From NCBI GenBank assembly GCA_029932605.1, contig JAOZPT010000047.1:1-20000 (forward strand): a stretch of 20,000 nucleotides of DNA. Direction: 5' to 3'. Shown in pieces: positions 16,801-20,000 of the stretch (position 1 is the first letter of the stretch; each line of letters opens with the position of its first letter). The notes under the pieces are model-generated. The model did no database searches. It had not been told where the DNA came from and saw nothing but the letters and a program-made list of their open reading frames with translations. A program made the position numbers and the translations under genes. This stretch comes from Candidatus Zixiibacteriota bacterium (GTDB lineage Bacteria; Zixibacteria; MSB-5A5; UBA10806; 4484-95).

Positions 16801-19482
16801 ATTGATATCAGCGCTACCAATATTAAACGAGAGCACCGGTACAGATGGAGGTACCTCCCATACAAAAGGCGTGTTTATATCACCCTCAAGAGAAAGCAAA
16901 CGATTTTGAATAAACTCATAGCTAAAAGATGCAGTAGCGTTTATCGGTTCGCCTGAAGGACTGTTGAAACCAAGAAAAGCTGTTCCATCAAGCAATATCC
17001 TTTGCTCGTCATCTTCAAGGTAGAAGTTAAGGTTCGAATTTGTGATCGCTAAGGACAATAGTCCAACATGAAGTGAACAGGGCGGAACAATGTTTTCTAT
17101 AATCCCATTTAATCGGCCATCTCCCAAAATCTGTATTGAGGTTGACAGTAGATTAAGAGCTTGGTCGCCACCTTCACAGGAAAATGCTGGCGGTAATTCA
17201 AGCATCCCGCGCAAGCGAACATCGGGTGAAAACATTAGCTCTCCATCCTCTATTGCAGCGCCAAGAGAACCGGACAGCTCCATAACATTCATGACGATAA
17301 ATTCACCTAAAGGCAAACCTAGGCCCGGCTCTGCAAATGAAGTAACCGGTATTGTAGCATTGAAGTTGCCATTAACAAACGAAGCATTATTTATGATAAT
17401 TTCAGGATCCCGTAACTCTATAGGCGTACCCTCCGGGAAATCGGGAAAACGTAGACGCAGATCAAAATCGAAACTGAATTCTGCCGGTAATTCCGGATCC
17501 CAATCAAACCAAGAGAACGATAAAGCGGGAAAACTAAGAGCAAGAAATTCAAGTTCGAATCCACCAAGCTCGACCCGCGGCAGATACAAAGACGGGATAC
17601 TGGTCTCAGGAATAGTAAACCCATCAGGACCAAATGTAACCCCGCTAATGGGAGGTAAAGAAAGGCTGTCGAAAGCAGGAAAACCAAATGCAAGGTCCAT
17701 ACCAAGCGAGAAATCCCAATTGCCCGCTATAAATGATAATGACGATAATGAAAGATTACTCAATTGAAGATTTAGCCAGCCTAAGTCAATAGCCGAAAAA
17801 TCCAAATCGCCACGGGGTACAAATGATTCAACTGAAATTCCCGATGATGAAATTTGTAAAACGATATCGGCGCCAAAACTGGTCGATTCATCAGGTTGAA
17901 AATCAAGCCTACCTGTGGCAATAATATTATAATCAATGTCACCAGTGCTTAAATTTGCATTAAAATTACCGGATAACCCTGAAAGAATTAAAACAAACCT
18001 ATCTGATTCATCAACCAAAGGTATAGAAACCTCACCGGCACAGGTTATCTCACCTGTTAATACGCCACCGGCCAATAAAGAAAGGTCAACCAGATTACAT
18101 TCGGATTGAATTCCGAATAACTCTATGATGCCGCTTAGACTGATACCGGGTTCAGAAAAAGTGACCGAGGCTTGAGTTACAACCAATTGAGCCATCTCGT
18201 CGCCAATTGTAAATACTGGTGATGACGGCGAACCGGTAATTGAAGCCTCACCTGATAGACCACTGGCGGTTAAGCTAATGCGGCCAATTAGCTCATATTG
18301 ACCGTAATCACCCGGCAGGTTGAGTATCCCCCCTATGGTAACATGGTTAGAAGGATCAAATTCAATATCCTGAGGGAGAAAGTATTCACCCGTCAGTTCC
18401 GTTGGTATATCCCCGGTATTCAAATCCCCCGATATACTTCCTGATAAAAATGTTGGTATCTCATAATTGCCTTTTTGCAGGATGAGGTCACTGACAAACA
18501 CAGAGACAGACACCTCGAAACCACCCGGTAAATTAAGCAGTAGTTCCGTTGAACCATTTAAAGTATAAACAAAGTCATCCTCGAAAACAGTTAGAGCATC
18601 CAAATTGACCAAATAAACAGCACCTGGCTCGATGACAAGAGTGTCAAAAGGAAGTTCCGCGGGCTCTCCACCACTACTACCATAAAAGAACGACCATATT
18701 TCGCTTTTACCATCATTAGAAGTCGGTGCAAAACCATTTTGATCCGTGGCAGTGATCTGCCAGACATATTCTTTGCCAACCTCAAAGGGAAGCCCATCAA
18801 AAGGATAGTTATAGAAAGATAAGCCCGTGATAGTTTCCTCATGATGCGGATAGTTTGCCTCTATCGCCTGTTGCAGCGATTGACCCGGTAAACGCTCAAC
18901 TATAAGCAGGTGATAGTTAATTATATAATCAGGCGGGGTTATCACTGGTGTCCATTGAAACATGGGATAGGGCATGGTCACCGTTGAACCATTAGAAGGT
19001 AAAAGCAATTGAGGCGGGTCTGGATAAACAATAAAGAACGGAGCATCGTCCTCGGCTAAAGTCTCAAACCCGCTTATAAGGCTAACGGTTAATTTATAAT
19101 CCCCCTCGGGAAATCTGCCCGAGCGAACGACCATATCCTCAATTGACCTGTCGTAATCAACATCACGCCATTCTAAAAATTCAGTGGAATAAAAAGTCTG
19201 CCGGAAAGGGCCAATTAGCCTTATCAAATCACTTTGGGCAACCAGGATCTGGCCAAATCTTCGGCTGTCAATAACTACCCGAAAATGAAACTCAACCGGA
19301 CCTATATTCTGACAGAAAACGTTTAAAGCACCTACTGAAGGGTCACGTTCCCAATCGCTGAAATAAGGACTTGGATATGGGTTAATATTCAATGTTGCAT
19401 TCCATTGAGCTGAAGCGGAAACTGTAACTATAAAAAATATAACCAGACAAAACCAAAGCTTTTTAGTGTATCTCATAACCAT
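7846..19482 (-). CDS. Giant (~3878 aa) exported multidomain protein: TANFOR-like N-terminus, duplicated beta-rich region, helical region, C-terminal FN3/Ig-like repeats
   Basis: Uninterrupted 11.6-kb ORF with signal peptide MRYTKKLWFCLVIFFIVTVSASA|Q. The likely start is ATG 19476, with AAGGGA 6 nt upstream. The N-terminal pattern PYPSPYFSDW...GRFPEGDYKLTV...PPQLLLP...FQWTP...YVWQITATD...GKSEIWSFFY resembles a TANFOR domain plus FN3. An internal duplication and C-terminal DxESGIxxYxxxIGTxxG repeats are visible. Confidence is high for the CDS and moderate for the domain names. Confidence 0.85.
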   Translation of the reverse strand: MVMRYTKKLWFCLVIFFIVTVSASAQWNATLNINPYPSPYFSDWERDPSVGALNVFCQNIGPVEFHFRVVIDSRRFGQILVAQSDLIRLIGPFRQTFYSTEFLEWRDVDYDRSIEDMVVRSGRFPEGDYKLTVSLISGFETLAEDDAPFFIVYPDPPQLLLPSNGSTVTMPYPMFQWTPVITPPDYIINYHLLIVERLPGQSLQQAIEANYPHHEETITGLSFYNYPFDGLPFEVGKEYVWQITATDQNGFAPTSNDGKSEIWSFFYGSSGGEPAELPFDTLVIEPGAVYLVNLDALTVFEDDFVYTLNGSTELLLNLPGGFEVSVSVFVSDLILQKGNYEIPTFLSGSISGDLNTGDIPTELTGEYFLPQDIEFDPSNHVTIGGILNLPGDYGQYELIGRISLTASGLSGEASITGSPSSPVFTIGDEMAQLVVTQASVTFSEPGISLSGIIELFGIQSECNLVDLSLLAGGVLTGEITCAGEVSIPLVDESDRFVLILSGLSGNFNANLSTGDIDYNIIATGRLDFQPDESTSFGADIVLQISSSGISVESFVPRGDLDFSAIDLGWLNLQLSNLSLSSLSFIAGNWDFSLGMDLAFGFPAFDSLSLPPISGVTFGPDGFTIPETSIPSLYLPRVELGGFELEFLALSFPALSFSWFDWDPELPAEFSFDFDLRLRFPDFPEGTPIELRDPEIIINNASFVNGNFNATIPVTSFAEPGLGLPLGEFIVMNVMELSGSLGAAIEDGELMFSPDVRLRGMLELPPAFSCEGGDQALNLLSTSIQILGDGRLNGIIENIVPPCSLHVGLLSLAITNSNLNFYLEDDEQRILLDGTAFLGFNSPSGEPINATASFSYEFIQNRLLSLEGDINTPFVWEVPPSVPVLSFNIGSADINEEGIVINGRQSLQLGDEATLGVTFDNLAVCWDDFRINSGNVSFDMPFAFKVAFDGDELVYQAVPQGTELTEELGILLELPNSISIDADGFAVSGSSAIHLRFDGYDLPSLSGVYSSDFAFSLSPFKVSSGQLEFFSGEHCIALIDSRGFFPDLSYFGMAFLPEHLGLPVEDIAYLQIKDGDELLVDHEFVDSGLRLYTRPGQPVSLVMTSLQLGRPQPPQLNIEFDFTIDPVSRNLVDGSINVTVPPEQYADFDLSSLGIPFELRNLVYGDVNGLNVFQLGGRLKLFDTSISDEIFQLTLMPDGRLLGSIDFPVAQEIPLVNGSDNLTLSISNIAGSFETQFIPLDISFDLSLTGGIRLNLDDTTSYGASTEIGITEYGLEIRGFDVDTPTQLPALNLGTLDMYFSNFTIPSLTYDLIAGWDFEIGVDLGFGFPDIGFQLPQMSGVVISKNGIYIPEYSIPELSDSAYTFYGFGLKPLAFRMSAFTFDWFNFSGGPLEDWGFAFDFELSFPEFPEFVPPDLRNPQVTILNAGYLNGKITGSLETKEFDLPGLLLPLGGGLNFFVREIGGDLAVIDDIQNFNITFRGDIQMPEVLRCDADSGVADVMSTAFTIDSNGHITGTLTDFIPGCPLDIGFGQLAVTNSNVQLAIAGDQQSAIMDLSGVLRIPGTSEGDTITAAGSLSFDLINARILDGEIAVTDPFRWQIPQDDPVLVFTINNAVLNSSGLLINGFNTLILSEGATVGVNFNNLVFDITDFNIVSGEATFTSQFALKFITELGGLEWSAVDISAPITEVTGVRLTLPENISLSSNGFAASGETDVFIRFNGEDYTNIRCLFSESFNIGFSPFGVTSGQAEFFLDETLVAVLDSDGFHPGDLFGIIPLPEKLPLPDTSIAYIVLKDGEEVLVQTEPVSNGLHISTRPGEQVQLVIPALQYEAPEPPSFGIAFGVTVNVSTFELVEGSIDVSPPEGAESLLSLASAGIPLDLTQLLFSHFQGAPALIASARIALPEALGSVNVSLDSLVISTEGFSGSVNMGTFSEYYQQLDDYIADVPIGDMFNFKVGGVNATFGVDDLSFRLSGDIQTQFFSSESDTAAIHYVAVWENGEFGFGFDISHLPDAALPLYIATFRPEPIADNPAFDLSFPEGSIALTLSGTLSLTDFGDGFSVSFAGLQISPDGVTIPDINITTPEDFLNFELFSAQFEIKDIEGYPGISFDYENNIFYLSLSGELEFLNNTSSFHGLKIGTDGSVSIAGVSLISGEFYIVDDYIALTELGIQSSALVVEGFARLPEPCDTSKQTFNFSINPDGTVSGGANISIIDETPGLGGDDQSEFDLWVATFDPTYAALGFNFGNLEQSSLQMVADIYFMSDANKWLHIGTRSGGVVTPGLEIKFDGTVRWGNLQSAPGMFDVNWEALKLDSLIFASFDSETSDFALSISGKLNVNVEGVGGGLQFEDLHVTSSGNVENLAGSITGGDITITDIVTITISNIGYSSVPTDIQVTGGASCESMGDQGPNPPETQTIHVTSFFRFGASIDIAGVGGGGIREFLTYTTENSTHIIIDSAYVNIPDLVEFSIDLTYEQVGNEGFSLLMGGQGLFVNTYGIVVVGKIAHINDETSFGLFVAMDVSITIPPCLVLTGVGGGFFYNPTECDLALVREMAGFGGDNPASGRISDPGSFAVLLYAQVAIVQDYLVSGSVLLTITEGYFRLDGRVVLLNQDTYLNGSIYLCVGFMSGYAEGNITVDVTVGDFINGQTELAFYVYGEDAWGIKGAIDLSIMHLLDANAELFIGNPGFFIQMSISYHWSIWVLEVNAGFEAMAWYVVNVSWGMYAKVWVSAEAFWGLVSAKGWLEAALIGADGSWYIFGLAGIKGCVLGICKSASVWCKIEDGSISGGTGRNSEMDDLIDEAKSIGEDMEEEAEEAQDAIDEAIVQSFLLTDEELVEAFNNLYKAGQLLRGDNPWLQWFVILFLADVGELDEMELSYGEVPAAINWNWCQDHGFFDWDICSSQWAMFRSSYLQEIVQIPYIYENFFFSPDAPPHAARDSIRTLRNRVDNLVESSNDDRNQISNRLNQISATLAGIPELEYVLGDPVRSYNLDDPVTEEYVQGDTTYKRAISQPDFTLDEILANSNKDVLEQAEEDFGEYEALIVDKINTLESAIQSVDDALSGSGGEISFDQVGQNYANLMYKIGQFYFNRVSYNRQEQEYAREKASELQELHETLQAILSFKSLHLSMHPIGDTLLPELRDLTWARKEALLKLRMVGGIEDSLAAFNSRWNTLSVGVKRELSLAVGMQLWFDMCYLGFQHLDSVATATITSESPVQLRDELNNVGYAQSAYTTAIDPIFDAKVILTEKLYDILALYGEWQESQPDTVEWLIPHDQVISKKADLMNDLQVPQLNTINVTTYNADYYNYGAMNWSASHPRGISEYAILFNEQEHPTPPEIGLQSIGRRMNMVRYFLQQEDQTSSNWTLTLRARAGAGYTNQRQVNFVTYFSPDGGGGVGSYENYNMGGDVTAPATPTVTFPYYESRYSAGHTLYYYSPFTDYTTASWSSYDNESGIVEYLYSIGTSPGDTSILGWTSAGGLTEATIYDLQLQHGGFYCLNVVARNGENMWSANGKANLIIDTSPPPTPTARYYYEWEGPEFYPYTPPTVIPPVPLPPELVPPIGPSMPYYEPHVPGEPPSITTLWYASSDSQSYILGYQYRVISASDTTVRTDDWIFIGNDLGVTVTGGIVEYLDSFYIDVEAINYAGLTSEPFRSGPHIPPDPSPPSDPTAALCYGLPAGTNYLIFSERSHDYETDLRGYQIAVGTVPGGTDIVDWNNDTIDFDNSDIGVAESWVLPDLGLAQGTTCYISLRAVNNAGMISGSCVTGPYIIDSTPPITPIVSPSLERQGGRGPLLLRLVFSNVSDPESGIEDIEYAIGTSNGSTDVFDWYGSGLVYERWIMYGILGMTGGNTYYIGVRTINGIGLVSEEFWTSIYIPEE
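13800..18140 (-). repeat. Protein-level tandem duplication, 2 x ~721-726 aa, inside the giant ORF
   Basis: Colinear matching anchors: IPLVDESD/IPLVNGSD (offset 2175 nt), NWDFSLGMDLAFGFP/GWDFEIGVDLGFGFP (2178 nt), IAYLQIKDGDELLV/IAYIVLKDGEEVLV (2163 nt) and GIPFEL/GIPLDL. Boundaries are approximate. Confidence 0.88.
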
Positions 19483-19718
19483 TCCCTTTTCTTGAGGAGT
19501 AAAAAAATATAACCTCGTGAAAGGTTATCTGTTATAGAGTTGTTTTGACATCTCTTCATTTTATATATAAATAAGTAATTGGCTTATATCAGCCAGTAAA
19601 TATTACCCTCTCATATAAAGCCCAACCACCCCTTTTACAATTTAAATCAATCAGTAATATCATCTTAATAGTTCCTAAACTCATTTCATTAACATGCGTT
19701 CAGGATACAACCTTTGCT

Positions 19719-19747
19719 ATATACAATAAATCATGTAGTTATGTCAA
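19719..19747 (-). promoter_or_regulatory. Possible sigma70-type promoter upstream of the giant-protein operon
   Basis: Perfect TTGACA at 19747-19742 on the minus strand, followed after about 18 nt by an imperfect -10 (TATATA). Its orientation matches the operon. Confidence 0.25.
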
Positions 19748-19916
19748 GTTTTCGTTTTCATTTGAGAGACGGTTGAAGTTGTGATCATATATTAAGCATA
19801 AAAAAAACTCAAAATGATACAAGCTTAAAACCTTTTTGATGAAAAGAGGAAAATGATTTTAACTACAAATTTCTAAATGTGCTAAAGAAAGATTGTTTGG
19901 TTATACACAACAAAAC

Positions 19917-20000
19917 CGGAGGACGAGGGATTCGAACCCCCATGGCCTTGCGGCCGGCGGATTTCAAGTCCGCTGCCTTACCAGTTAGGACTAGTCCTCC
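19917..20000 (-). tRNA. tRNA-Ser, anticodon UGA (84 nt, long variable arm, CCA not encoded)
   Basis: Reverse complement GGAGGACTAGTCCTAACTGGTAAGGCAGCGGACTTGAAATCCGCCGGCCGCAAGGCCATGGGGGTTCGAATCCCTCGTCCTCCG. It has acceptor stem GGAGGAC/GTCCTCC plus G discriminator, anticodon stem GCGGA/TCCGC with loop CTTGAAA, variable arm GGCC-GCAA-GGCC and T-loop GTTCGAATC. Confidence 0.95.

Noticed and set aside
17090..17767. 225-aa plus-strand ORF, and other plus-strand ORFs such as 6258-6545, 10340-10588, 12338-12679 and 16652-16909
   Set aside because: They lie antisense to long, well-supported genes and have S/P/K-rich shadow composition with no recognisable motifs, as expected for opposite-strand shadow ORFs.
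7683..18842. Short alternative-frame minus-strand ORFs (7683-7904, 9120-9365, 13380-13670, 14163-14372, 17418-17705, 18591-18842) as possible immunity or nested genes
   Set aside because: They overlap real CDSs entirely or almost entirely, are short, and have no domain-like sequence.
19545..19573. Plus-strand TTGACA with an AT-rich -10-like sequence
   Set aside because: It points away from the operon, towards the antisense of the tRNA, with no ORF to drive. Spacing and -10 match are poor, so it is likely chance in AT-rich DNA.
19917..20000. tRNA read as selenocysteine or suppressor tRNA because of 'TGA' and the long variable arm
   Set aside because: The anticodon is UGA, which decodes UCA (Ser). 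tRNA-Sec has anticodon UCA and an 8-bp acceptor stem, whereas this one has 7 bp. A long variable arm and G73 are normal for tRNA-Ser.
1..20000. CRISPR array, IS or transposase, prophage, reverse transcriptase or defence genes
   Set aside because: No regularly spaced repeats, terminal inverted repeats or corresponding protein motifs were seen.

Overview
All supported genes in this window lie on the minus strand. In transcription order (right to left) they are: a tRNA-Ser(UGA) at the window edge; a ~430-bp AT-rich spacer; a tightly coupled four-gene envelope operon (19482 to 2018); a GT2 polyprenol-phosphate-type glycosyltransferase; and endonuclease V (nfi). The operon encodes a 3878-aa giant exported protein, a six-FN3 protein, a TPR protein and a probable outer-membrane beta-barrel. 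The giant protein has a TANFOR-like N-terminal module, an ancient ~722-aa tandem duplication of beta-rich sequence, a Trp/Gly-rich amphipathic block, an acidic helical region and C-terminal FN3/Ig-like repeats. All four operon proteins have Sec signal peptides followed by Gln, and they contain many D-(S/T)-x motifs. These traits point to an FCB-type envelope, yet the genes use clear Shine-Dalgarno sites. The operon is the best candidate for an undescribed system: a self-contained surface or secretion apparatus resembling Bacteroidota TANFOR loci, but with no visible toxin/immunity pair or T9SS C-terminal signal. All family assignments come from motif recognition by eye, not database searches.
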